NCBI GenBank assembly: GCA_040954595.2
Contig: CM082577.2
Span: 5,568,301 to 5,632,300 of the forward strand
DNA: 64,000 nt
Direction: 5' to 3'
DNA from: Balanoglossus misakiensis
Lineage: Eukaryota > Animalia > Hemichordata
Part shown: positions 38,101-49,365 of the stretch, piece by piece
How the letters are laid out: every line of letters begins with the position of its first letter
Numbering within the stretch: position 1 is the first letter of the stretch
Program-made: the position numbers and the translations under genes
Notes under the pieces: generated by a model
What the model was told of the DNA's origin: nothing
The model's database searches: none
The model's input: only the letters and a program-made list of their open reading frames with translations

Positions 38101-38858
38101 TCGAGGGCCTGGCGCAGGGCAGCAGGCCAGACACGGCGTTCAGCGACGCGAGCTCGTATCAATCATTTACACCGCAGAAAGTGACTACCTTGGAGACCGT
38201 CGTCACTCCGCTGGAATCGGTGCCCCTGGACGCCTCGCCGTACCTCAGCATGTTCTCGAGGACCGTCCAGTCGACCATTCCGAAACCGGTCCTCCTGCGA
38301 CCCCAGACGGCCAAGTCAAAGGTCATCAAACAGTCCACCATTTCCAACACGGGGGAGGAGACGAAGTCCGTGGTGCAAGACCTGTCGAGAATGAGGCGGT
38401 CCAAGAGCGTGGGCGCCATGCCCAGCACGCCCCACGCATTCGGAATGGCCGCCAGCACCAAGAAAACGAAGACGAACGTCTTCACCACGACAAGTACCGA
38501 ACCCATGGTCATGGTTCCCATGTTCATGCACGGACCCAGCCGGATCGAGCCGGGATACTGCAGCAACGAGCGCCCCGCCTCTCGTCCGCACACCGCTTCG
38601 TCGCGAGCCACGACAACGGTGTCCATCAAAGATCCGCTGAGAGTCGGCGGTCCGTCCAGTTTCCAACTACGCACCCGCCAACAGACGGAGGAGTACCTCG
38701 AAAAGATCAAAAAGATTCAAGAGAAATACATGAAGGAGAGGGAGGGCAGAGGGAAGAGAGAACAGCAGCAGGCGTGGAAGTTGAAAGCAAAAGGCCTCAC
38801 CCACGTCGACTTCAGTAAGCGACCGACACCTGTGGCACCTGAAATCGGTGAATATTGA
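21905..38858 (+). CDS. FBXW10: F-box/WD40 repeat protein 10-like (FBXW10/CDRT1 family); 9 exons, ~1234 aa
   Basis: Exons 21905-22442, 29457-29935, 33273-33514, 34989-35192, 35388-35509, 35743-35891, 36141-36283, 36594-36752, 37190-38858 (3705 nt, in frame). N-terminal CGECESC..TKEWF..KRRFILGLVRR region as in FBXW10/CDRT1. F-box RDFIRDLPVHLAKYVLSFLD..VSKHW. EERNVYCGTYNV motif. WD40 repeats such as GHAGSVRCV..LSGSYDTSIRCWD and GHRNTVMCL..VSGGKDNAVKVWN. Confidence 0.88.
23896..23909. promoter_or_regulatory. Consensus RFX X-box in FBXW10 intron 1
   Basis: GTTACCATGGCAAC matches GTHNYYATRRNAAC. Confidence 0.6.
25371..25683. mobile_element. Palindrome-headed non-autonomous element, Crypton-like
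   Basis: 33-bp perfect arms AGCAATAAAACACCCCCAGCCATGGTATACCAC (25371-25403) and its reverse complement (25481-25513), around a CACGAGCCATAGCGAGTG-centred stem. A tail with CACGTG..CCAATCA..TATAAT follows. The layout resembles non-autonomous Crypton elements as I recall them; the family call is tentative. Confidence 0.6.
26424..26437. promoter_or_regulatory. RFX X-box in FBXW10 intron 1
   Basis: GTTGCCATAACAAC fits GTHNYYATRRNAAC. Confidence 0.5.
27729..27838. promoter_or_regulatory. Paired RFX X-boxes in FBXW10 intron 1
   Basis: ATTTCCATGGCAAC (27729-27742) and the consensus GTTTCCATGGCAAC (27825-27838). Confidence 0.6.
30774..30923 (+). CDS. Putative alternative first coding exon of FBXW10 (50 codons, phase 0)
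   Basis: ATG ATG ATT CCA...CTG ATT TTC|gtaagt with a perfect donor. It is phase compatible with the exon at 33273 and encodes MMIPELNSVRNPGLVCRKNSGNIKKVTFKDTRTEPKDDFIHSLGLMELIF. Confidence 0.5.
32074..32149. repeat. (GACA)n tetranucleotide microsatellite
   Basis: Direct tandem GACA run. Confidence 0.95.
36262..36425. repeat. Minisatellite (~33-38-bp units) derived from an FBXW10 exon end and splice donor
   Basis: ACTGC(A/T)CTCAGACACCCCAAGT occurs at the exon end (36264) and again at about 36301 (degenerate), 36366 and 36399. Confidence 0.75.
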
Positions 38859-40894
38859 GAAAAAAAAACAAATCATGCAAATATGGACTGCTGTTAATAT
38901 TTTTATCTTTTGAATACTGAGGTTTTCACTGAAGAAAACAATTTATCATTGATCAGAGTTTTGTAAGCAATATAACACATTTTACAAATGAAGGAGAAAG
39001 CAGCTATTTTCATGAAATGTATCATTACGTGTTTTGTAGATCGAAAATGAAGTCTATTTTCAATTTGTAACATTTTTGTAATAAAATCAGTGCAAGTCAG
39101 TTGATTCATTGAGTAAATAAACAACAGTGATTGTTGTAAGTTGTAGACTGTTCGTCTTAGCCCCAAAATACATTCTAGTTGAAATGAAACGGGACCCAAA
39201 TGTATGGTGGCATTATTGTCGCGGCAATGCCAAATTTTTAGTCAGTGTAAATATTTGTTTGTATCTATAGCTGTAAATATGTGTTATTGTAAATTAAGAA
39301 GCCTCCATTGGTCATGTAGTGTCGCACCACTTTTTATGACCAAGTGTTTTTTTGTTTTTGTAGAGCCATTTACACAGTATCGCTCTCATGCACTGTGAGT
39401 CTTATACATGGTTGTACATTGTTCAGTGTGTGATGGGAAAGATGCTGCACATTCCAATGTAATTTTTTAAAACACTTTTGTACAGATATATGATTAACTG
39501 GTAATAGAGAGGTTTAGTTTTTTTCCTCACAACACCAGTGTGGACAACTTCCAAAGTGCCTTTCATTAAAAACAATAATGCTCTTGCGACATTCAACGTT
39601 TTAAAACCCCACTGAGTTGCGAAGTGCATTTTCACCTTGTCAGTTTCAGCAGCTCATTCCAGTGAGCAATTAAATCACACAAAATGTAGTCAAAGTAGTT
39701 CTTCAAGTTGGGAAGACGTGTTGTTAAATTTGAACTGACCAAATAAAATTGACTGCTAACTGAAGTGGAATGCGACTATTTTATTAGGTTCAATTTGCCA
39801 TATGTGCATATGCCAATAGAATTTGTTTGTGTAGGCTGGAATATATGTATCTGTATGGTTGTCTGTCTGTCTGTGTACTGCACTGTACATCTATGTTAAT
39901 ATCCCTGGGTTGATTGATACATGTTGTGTATTATGTAGAGAATGAAACCACAAAGCCTTACCTATTTTTATGCAGCATTTTATTGCCTTCAAAAGCCAAC
40001 TGTATTAATACTAATTACAATACAGTAATTAAAGACGATATCTAAACTCTGTACTGTCAATGTAAATGTCATCTGAAGGAAAATCGAGCAGATTTTATGC
40101 AACAGTATAAACGCCTGTGCAAAACTGTCCTCAGTCATGAGAGGATATGAATACTAAAAAAATGTTCATATATTTATTGTCAGGACAAACACTTTCTTCT
40201 TGTAAATACATGCGTTCCATTACCAGATCACACTGATGAAAACGGTAGTGCAACGTTAAAAGTAAATTTGTACAGGAGGTAAAAAACCACTGAGTACAAA
40301 AGCTAAAAAATCACAGACAATATGGAAAAAGTGACCATATAAATTCTATTCATAGATACCACATTATTATTGCAACATGTATGCACTCTTTCTGTGCACT
40401 TCACCAATTTAAAAACAATGTCATTTTTAAAAGCTAAAACAGCTACGATTGCATTCGGCAGACTTTAATATCAGTGATTTTTCAGTATTCGGCATTTGTT
40501 AATCATGTGGTGGAAAGGTTTTCACTTTATAATTAATTTTACAGAAAAAGTTATGTACATCGGCAATTGTTCAATCCAGCTGCGTCATAAGAACGGTTTT
40601 CCGGTGACGATATTGCATCACTCACTGTGTGTGATTTCTACTTTTGAGTTGGCATAATTTGGGTCTAAAAAATATTTGATATAAATATTATTATATCTCT
40701 GCATATACAATTGTAGGTACTGGCATAAACATACTGAAGCCTTTCACCGTCATAGTTCAGTGGTCGGTATGATTGAATCTCTCTGGTGACACTTTTGATG
40801 GTGATACACCCAGATGACCTCTCTGGAGACACAGCGCCCTCAACGACTCAATGCATTAAACCTTTCTGCAGAGAATCTTCATGTGCTGCATCAT

Positions 40895-43576
40895 TCAGAT
40901 TGTGAAACTTGCAGAAGGTCTCATCCCCGGCTTATCCAACAGAGGTGTCTTTTCGGGAGACTGTCTGTCTCTCTTGAATCCTGACGGTGACGGGACCATC
41001 AGGGCGATGGAGTACAGTCCGTCCCGGTAGCTCCTACTTCTCCGGAAGTCGAAATCGGCCACTTCCACAAACTGCGCCCGTCTTGCCCGCACCACTTGTA
41101 GGATGGCAAACACAGCCACGAAGATGCTGCCAACCGTTGTCAGGAGCGCTAGCGACGTCACCGATGCAGTCACAAACGGCGGCCAGGGAGCTGATGGTAG
41201 ACAGAAGAGCCGTTTTGTGACATGCGGGTTTTGCGCAATGAGATTCTAGTCGGTCAGTCACACAATACAGTCACTCAAAACATTTCTAGCGTCATGACAA
41301 ATCATGTCATAATCAAGTCTGAGCCATGATCACTTTTTCTTGCACAATACTTCTTACAACTTGAGAAATTTCTTTTATCCAAACTCAGACGTAACATGGC
41401 TGATGATTTTTGCAGGAATACATAAATTGTCAGTATACATTATGGAAAATCTTACTGATACAAGAAAAGACGCAAACGTACGAACAAAAACACAGATAAA
41501 GGGTCAAAGATGAACTTACGTGGAATGACACTGATATCAAACTCAGCCAAATCCACACTGACGTCATTCTCTGCCCAGACACCAAAACAGTGCTGGCCCG
41601 TCGAATTGAAGTCAAGTTCAATGTCGTGACGACACCTCTCATGGAGGACTATCTCCTCACACAGGTCGCTCATGCTGTCGTTTTGGCTGGCTTCACACCC
41701 ACTTTCAGACAGCAGGTACCAACAAAGTGTCACTGGCAAACTGTAGGAAACAGAGAAACTTGTTCAAAAAAAACCCCAATACAGCTCCAATGTCACTCCT
41801 CATCATCTCTTTTATTACTTGAACAATTATAAACCGCATATAATTTCCACTTGCACTGCATCAGTGGTGTGACATATAAGGAAGACGTTGGTCAACACTT
41901 GCTATCAGTAGTCAGAGTTACGTCTCACTAACCTGCCATTGCATGACATGGTATAATTTGACCTGTCTCCCACGGTTACTTCAGAGCTGCCCAGTATTCT
42001 CAAGTCAGTGACTGAGTCTGAAAAATAAGAAGTTATATGAGTTAAAGCCAACATGAATTACAAGAATGTTCAATCCAAATGTGTCTCTATTTGTTGGGCG
42101 ATCGAATTTTGAGGCCACAGCTTGCGTCTAAGGTACCAGGAACCATTCCAGAACGGTTACCAGTGCAGATATTATACTCACCCATGAGTTTGATTTTCTG
42201 GTCCAAACGACCAGTCTTCACTGTATATACACCATGCTCCTGATGTGGCACCAGTGCTGTGATATTTACATTAATGTTGTAGACAGCTGCCTTTCCAAAA
42301 CTGTGGACTGTATTTGCCTGTGAAGAAAACAGTTACTGTTTACTTCAATGCGCAATAATTTCAGACCGACTCAGAGCTCCTACATTTCCACAGTGACTCA
42401 AAGAAACATATTCGTTTCAGGCATTCTTAATATTGCAATTCATTACCTGTGATGTGTTTTTTGAGAAACCGCGTCCAAAGTTCCATGTAAATGACATATT
42501 TGCCTCTCTGAAGTAACGGCTGGGATCATGAATCTCAGCCAGGAAGTCTATCTCTTGATTGGTTGCAAATGTCCACTGACTACTTGAAGTGACATTCTTC
42601 TGCGTAACGTCCAACAAACCAGTGATATACTCTGTGGAGAAAAGACACAGAACAATATTTTATACATGTAATGAATAATCAAATTACAATAAATTTGACA
42701 CTAGGTTGTTCATATGACTTTTTGTCTGATATCAACCCAGGAGGAAGTCATCTGCAAACATCAAAGGAGAACTTATTACCTGTGATTTCAAACAGTGTCA
42801 CATTGTGTGCTATTTTTCTGAAGGGTCTCCATGCTTGAAAGACATCCACTGTCATCGAATGAGTTCCCACGATGTTAAACTCTCCTTCCTCGTACTTTTC
42901 AGTGAGGCTAGTTTCATCGCTCGCAAACTGTGTCTGTTTCTGTTTGCCTGGTGTAGTCTGTTTCCACACATATCTATATTCTTCACCATCTGCAACTTCA
43001 TCTGGTAGGATTAGCCGGGCACGGAAAGTTGCACTGGCATCCAATATTGTGGGGCTGTCATTTTCTAAGATCAGAAGAGTATCTGCATCCTCAGCCGATG
43101 CTACAGAAGAACGAAATAAAAGTAACAATAGTAAGAACAGCAGGTACAAAATATATTGACTGGTTGACAAGAAGCAAGTGTGTTTAAAATGAGGTGAGAT
43201 TTTCATACACACTGTCAACAACATCAGCCTCTTTGAGTTTTACATGTATACTATACTATGACACACAAGTTTTGAAAGGGTTATCCGGCGACTGTTGTCA
43301 ACCTATGGGGTAACAGTATAGACCTACCAGTACCATATGCCCAACCCTAGTTAACAACACATTAAAGGAGGGAAATCCTTCTAAAACTGATGTGAGGACA
43401 CTGGAAAATGATCTGTGAACTTGCAGAATGTAGCAATTTCTTAAATAAACATTGACACCTTTACCTGATTTCGCAATGTTATTGTTGTCTTTTCCAAGTC
43501 CAACCACCGCTCCACCTCGGGTAAGGATTTGAACAGAAATCAAGAACACAGAAATTACACCGTCAGGCGATGGCAT
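40895..43576 (-). CDS. TMEM130: Transmembrane protein 130-like (PKD-domain, PMEL/GPNMB-related type I membrane protein); 7 exons, ~451 aa
   Basis: Exons 43576-43465 (signal-peptide-like, least certain), 43100-42780, 42631-42447, 42317-42182, 42017-41933, 41740-41520, 41190-40895 (1356 nt, in frame). Motifs: LENDSPTILDA, HDPSRYF..FTWNFG (PKD), CNGSLPVTLCW, a TM helix, EVADFDF as in TMEM130, dileucine EKTPLL and a PDZ-like SFTI end. Confidence 0.82.
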
Positions 43577-43937
43577 CTTTTAATGTCAGATCTTGTAACT
43601 ATCACTCACTAATCTTATGCCATGGTACTCGTCTGCCCACCAGCCTCGATACCTCTCTCAGCACAGGACGTGTGATGATGACCAGTACGTCCAGTTTAAT
43701 ATGTCCATTTCCTGCCATGCCATTGAGGGCGCTAATATATGTGTGTGTGTGTCATGTGACAAGTCAGGTGACTATGTTATCATGAAACGGTCAATGTACA
43801 TGTACATGTGTACACGCAGAATGGGAGCTTATGATTATGGGGTGCGTGACACACACACATATATAACATTATTATTCTTTTCTTACTCTACAGCCAATTT
43901 AGAAAGTAATATCAATATGTAGCTATAAGCATTGGCC

Positions 43938-46032
43938 ATGCATGTTTTGAAGAGCCTTGAAGACACTGACTACAGGTCCAGTGGTTGCACTCACAGAAAT
44001 CTGCACCATGCAAGGAGTTTATTGGATATCTGTGCTTCAGTGTTGGCAAGAGACCTGTCTGCCATCAAACATGCCGTTACCTTTCTACCTGCTGAATTAT
44101 ACGGGCCTCTGATGAGAGCATGTGTACTGGGCAACCATTTGCTGGTAGCCAGAGAATTATTGTGTCACTGGCCATTCCGGGTACTGGACTTCAAGCGCCT
44201 CATCCTTCCGACGGACAACGCAACCATTGACGCAACTAACCGTGAGAATTTAAAGAAAGCTTTCCAGGAATGTGGGAATTGCGTCGGATCTGTCATCATC
44301 TTGACGGTTGGTGAATTGAAAAACAAGATGCTGAAAGTTGTGGATATTTGTGACTTTGATCTTGGTATGCACAATTTTTCTTTCTCTGTCAGTGCAAAAC
44401 ACATTATACATATATATCTTCACTACTTTTCTGTAAAGTGGTGGCATTTCTAACATCTTCAGTTTGGAGAAAAAAATTAACCATGGTTTAGGATTTGGTT
44501 AAGGTGAAGGCAAACTATTCAAAATTCCTGGCAGTCTGTAGGCTTAGTAACACATTCATCCATATACTCTGCCGGTCATGTATTTGTTAAATCAAATGTA
44601 TTATATTTTTCTCTCAGATGAAGAAGTGACAAGTGTGATTTGTTCGACTGTGACAGCACCACTGATTGACAGAGATGGCTGCGACTACCTCCTATACTTG
44701 GCAGAGAAGGCTGTCAGACTGGAACCACTACCAGAACCACCAGCTGAAGGTAAATGCTTGGGCAGTTTCTAAAGTTTTATATTCAGGCCTTAAGTCAAAA
44801 CTAAGAGCATCAAATTCTATTCCATTTTTTTTTCTGCTGTTAGACCCTGTAATACTCAATGTGGACTGTGTTGTTGGAGAGAAGAATGTGGACGTGGTAA
44901 CCGTGGCAATGGCCGTACACCGGGTTTCTCCCATCAGCCTGAAGTGTCGCAAACTGACTGCCAGGCACATTGGATGCATGAAATTGATTGCATTGATCAG
45001 ATCTCTAGATCCGGATGTGAGTGTGCAATTCCCATATTATGGACCTGGGCCAATATTTACACTGTGTTTATTCCACTGGGATTATAGACGCATTGTCTTC
45101 GATTGGTCTTGAGATGAAGTTTGGTTAACTGATGTTCAGTAGACAGATTGGATAATGATGAATTTTCTGTTCACTTTACATGTAGTTTCCACATATTTTT
45201 AAACTAATCGGAAAAAAATCTTCACTTATGTCTTGTTTGTGTTGAATGTATATAGTATTGCCGAGGTGTGGATACCAGTATGAACAGCCTCCAGTGTGCC
45301 GGGCTCTTGAAGATCTTGCCGGATTTGGTCAAAGTCAGCAAGCTTGAAGCATTAGGTCTCAGCTACAATCTACTGGACTTCCGGTCAGAATCAGGCCCCG
45401 CTTCCCAGCGTGCGGCCAACTCGCTGGCGGACGCCCTCGCCCAACTGGAATGCCTGAAGAGGCTCGACCTCAGCAGCAACCGAATCGGCGGGTCGTTGAG
45501 GAGACTGCTCTCGAGCCTCCGCAGGCCCTTGGAGGGCCTCGACGTCAGCATGTGCGGGCTGAGGGAACGCGACTTGGCGTACTTGGGCAGCGGTGACTGC
45601 ACGAGGGCGCTGCGCGAACTCGACCTCAGTCACAACAACCTGTCGAGAGACCCAGAATCGGTCTATGCGATGATCAAGCGCGTCGAGGGCACCATCGAGC
45701 ATCTGTCCATGAACGGATGTCAGCTCTCCAAGATCGAAAACATTGGACCCCGACTGTCGCTCGCTTGCCAGAAATGCGTGAAGCTCAGGACGCTGAGACT
45801 CATTTATAACAGATTCCTGGAGAAAGACTGTCTGAAAATAATCCAGCAATGCACTGCGATGGCGATGATGGATAATGTGTCCATCTCAATACCTGCTGAT
45901 CTTTTTGATGAGGAAGGAAATGGCATTGAAGAGAGGAGAAAAGATTTCTTTGAGACTGTTGAGAAACATCTCAACTGTAAACGTCCGGGTGCAAGGCACA
46001 GAATCGTTCTGAACTTTGAAGAAGAATGCTAG
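43938..46032 (+). CDS. LRRC14: Leucine-rich repeat protein 14-like (LRRC14/PRAME family); 4 exons, ~502 aa
   Basis: Exons 43938-44364, 44618-44749, 44844-45016, 45256-46032 (1509 nt). BC-box-like SLLDICASVL, LPAELYGPLM and LLCHWPFRVLDF are typical of PRAME/LRRC14. LRRs include LKRLDLSSNRI, LEGLDVSMCGL and LRELDLSHNNL. Orthologue versus paralogue is not resolved. Confidence 0.8.
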
Positions 46033-47523
46033 GAAAAACATTTGTTTTGACACGAACCCCCTCGCTTGCTTCTTCATGTAAACTGACTATATCAAGGCAG
46101 GGGACGTTATGCAGTGTTTACCAGTACCTGTCAGATCTGCCAGAATGGACGAAAATATGGTTTATTATTTATATTTGTTTCTTTCAGTCCCTGCAGAATC
46201 TGGCTTTGTGAAGCAGGTGAAAAGAATTTCATGTAACTGTGCTGATTATTCATTTCAACTTGGCACAAGAACACTGTACTATAAATGCACTTATTAAAGT
46301 TTGTTTCATAATATGGGGTCAAACCTGACCTGTCCATCTGTGTGTGTGTAACTGTATGTGTGTGTGGCGATCAAAGCTTTGGAAATATTAAGGCACGCCT
46401 GGGTAAGAAGGCTGCAAAATTGCCATCAGCACATTCAGGTCTCAATATTCAGGAGTGACATCTTCTGCCTCAGATTCACCTGAGATTTAGAAGCATCTCA
46501 ATCAATACTATAAATTTGGTTTTAGGAGGAGGTAGTTTTGCCTTAGGGGCTGCAGTGAGCAGAGTTGAGTTACTCCCTATGTATTTATGTGTGCGTGCGT
46601 GCGTATGTATGATTCATGTATGTATACATTGTGGAATCCACCACCACAAAATGATCTAAAAACCACACCTGACCATTTAGTGTATATGTTTATTCTTGAA
46701 TTTAAATACAACAAATGCCATGGCTTGAGCAAAACTTAGATGATACAACAAGCTCAACAAGATCATTTGGGAAATCAAAATATACAAAGAATTAGATTTA
46801 CTCATCTAAATCATGAAAACAAACCGACAAGGACGTCAATGAGACAGATGAACTCCAAAGACCGCTCACAGAAAATCTACACATGGATCTAAGTATAAAA
46901 TTTTGATTGGCACAGCAGAAAACAAATTCCTTTTTAGTCGTCATTCGGCATTACCAATTTTGAATATGCCAATATATGGTTAAAATGGGTGTGTCTTAGT
47001 ATTCACATGACCATGCGGTGGTACACTTTTATTGTGTGACCACTGAAGTAAGAATCTGTTATGAGTGGCTATATTTACACAGGTCACCATATACAGTTAA
47101 CAGGACAAAATCATTCCTAGAGAATTGAGAATTTTTTATTCATCTGCTGTCAGTAACTCTAGATGTATCTCTATGTAAAGTTGGCCCAAGTTTGGAAAGA
47201 TTTCGCCTAGTTTTTCCACGGAAGATTTCAAAATGCTAGGTAGAAACTCTGTACATAATGAATGGTTCTGTTAAACTGAACGAAATTGGTTTATTTTTTG
47301 TTGGAATACCGTTGAAAAAAATGCATTTTGTATAAAAAAAATGTAAGACTACATAAAAACATTAAACTGCACTTATGTTGGTCCCAAGTGGAGAAAACAG
47401 AGGAAATGTTTGCTTGCGACCTCAGTCTTGCTGGAGACACTGCTAGGCCACGTCATTCTTGTGTTGAGTTTTGTTTTCCCCGCATCAACACTCAAGTTCT
47501 TATTTCCAAGATGGCAGCTGCTT

Positions 47524-48625
47524 CTATGAGCACTTCCAGACTGTGATAGCTAGGTTACCGCCAAAGAACATGTAGATAATATTTTTAACTTCGTGCGTGA
47601 TCTCGAATCCGTAGCCTTCCCCGACAATGGCGTGCCACGACGACCCAAATTTCTTGTCCATGCTCTCCTTGATCATTTTCGCTGCATTCTGGAATGAAAA
47701 GAAAGGTAAAAACCGGTGTCAATCTTTTTAAGGGAATCATTACTGGAACAGTGCTACTGTCCTATACACATTGTGATGAACAGGATCCAGTGTTCATACG
47801 TGTATATCTCCAGGAGCTGTGTACGACAGGGTATCAATTATGATAATGCGGACGGTAACTACTGACTTACCTCGTTATTACTTGCAAACTTTTCACAGGC
47901 TGTTACACACAATTCCATGGCTTCTGTCCGCATTTCATCGTTCATATCCGAGTGCTGTAACAATCACCAAAAGGAAATAAAATCAGAACACTTGGCACTA
48001 ATGATTCGTCCAGCATCTGCTGCCCTCCCGCTAGATTCTTATCTACATACTCAAGGAGATTGGCTGCTTTTGAAACAAATCTTGAAACTTATTTGAGATG
48101 TCAAATATTATAACCTTGATTAAATTATGTGATAGCATTCAATATTCTGATTGTAAATTCACAGAATATTCAAATTTTTTCCTGATTCAGGCATTACACA
48201 AGTCCAGTACCAAAATGTACATTCCCCAGAGGCGCTCATGTGCACCACAGATTCTTTTCATTAGTCATCGTCTGTTTAATGTTAAATTAGCAATGAATAG
48301 TATGCAATGTGTCTGCTACTTTAGTTTTCAAATCACGTAAACTGGCTCTTCCCCGGACATGATGTACAACGCCGTTTGTGTTTGGGTAAACAAAACAACC
48401 GATCCGGATCACCATGTACAAAATGGTAAACAGATATTACCAAACAATGTTAATGGTTAGTATTCAGACGTAAAGCATACTACATATTATTATCCCAAGT
48501 ATTTTGACAGTGTATTTGTCAGTTAAAATTAACATTCGAAACATTACCCTGATCAGTGGATATGTTTGTAGCCTTCTGATATCGGTTTCCTTCTCTTCCT
48601 TCTTGCCTTCTGCTCCTTCTTCCAT
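47524..48625 (-). CDS. DNAL4: Dynein axonemal light chain 4 (LC8 family); 3 exons, 108 aa
   Basis: Exons 48625-48548, 47954-47871, 47688-47524. Translation: MEEGAEGKKEEKETDIRRLQTYPLIR|HSDMNDEMRTEAMELCVTACEKFASNNE|NAAKMIKESMDKKFGSSWHAIVGEGYGFEITHEVKNIIYMFFGGNLAITVWKCS*, very close to vertebrate DNAL4. It is absent from the ORF track because the exons are short. Confidence 0.95.
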
Positions 48626-48778
48626 GTTTCAAAATTGCTATGCACTTAAAACACACTAGAAGAATGTGACTGTGTCATAAAATGGACACAAACTTGTTCG
48701 CACGAACGATGAAACGGACAAAATTCAACGAAAACTTCTTCGAATCAAGTATCAGCAGCGGGCGATCGCGAACGGCTT

Positions 48779-48793
48779 GTTGTTCATGGTAAC
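48779..48793. promoter_or_regulatory. X-box-like motif in the DNAL4/ENDOV divergent promoter
   Basis: GTTGTTCATGGTAAC about 155 bp upstream of the DNAL4 ATG. The DNAL4 and ENDOV start codons are 741 bp apart, head-to-head. Confidence 0.5.
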
Positions 48794-49365
48794 CAATAAA
48801 GAACCCTTAGCTCGGTGATTAAAGTATCACTATGGCTGCGAATGGAAGATTTTTTTTAGTTCGAAGCCTGTTTGTGCCATTTATTTTTTCAGTTAAACGT
48901 TTTGTTGTAATTTCGTATTTGAAATTTCTCTTTTTAAACAGAAAAATTTTCAAATATGTATCAAAATTAACCTTGTTTCGCACTTGGCTAAAAGGTAACA
49001 TTTGAAGAAAAGTTTATACGCATGTGCAGAAAGTTCCATGGCTGCGCCCATGGTTGTTCAGTGTTTACAAACGAGGCGAATAAATGCTGTTGCATAGTTT
49101 GTGGCACCACAATTGAACGTGTTACCAAGTACTCAGCTTTCAACTTTTGCGTCCGATGAAGTAGGCGCATCGGAGAAGGGTGTCGCAATCACGTTCAAAT
49201 ATTGTTGACAACAAACTAAACCCCAGAGTAATGAATCTCACGCAACAACAGTGAGAAACCTGGCTGGGATCATCACCCACTGGTTCAGTGCAAGTGTACA
49301 GGCAGAGGTACATGTTAGACTCTTGAATAAATACAGCAGCGCCGTATTACTTTTGCCGTGGCAAT

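Noticed and set aside
21872-38876. Long antisense ORFs over FBXW10 exons (e.g. 29453-29977, 38159-38710)
   Set aside because: They are an expected by-product of high GC3 codon usage, with no independent evidence.
47417-47520. YY1-like CAAGATGGC and a possible distal first exon for TMEM130
   Set aside because: It lies in the DNAL4 3' UTR and the candidate donor (gtcgca) is weak.
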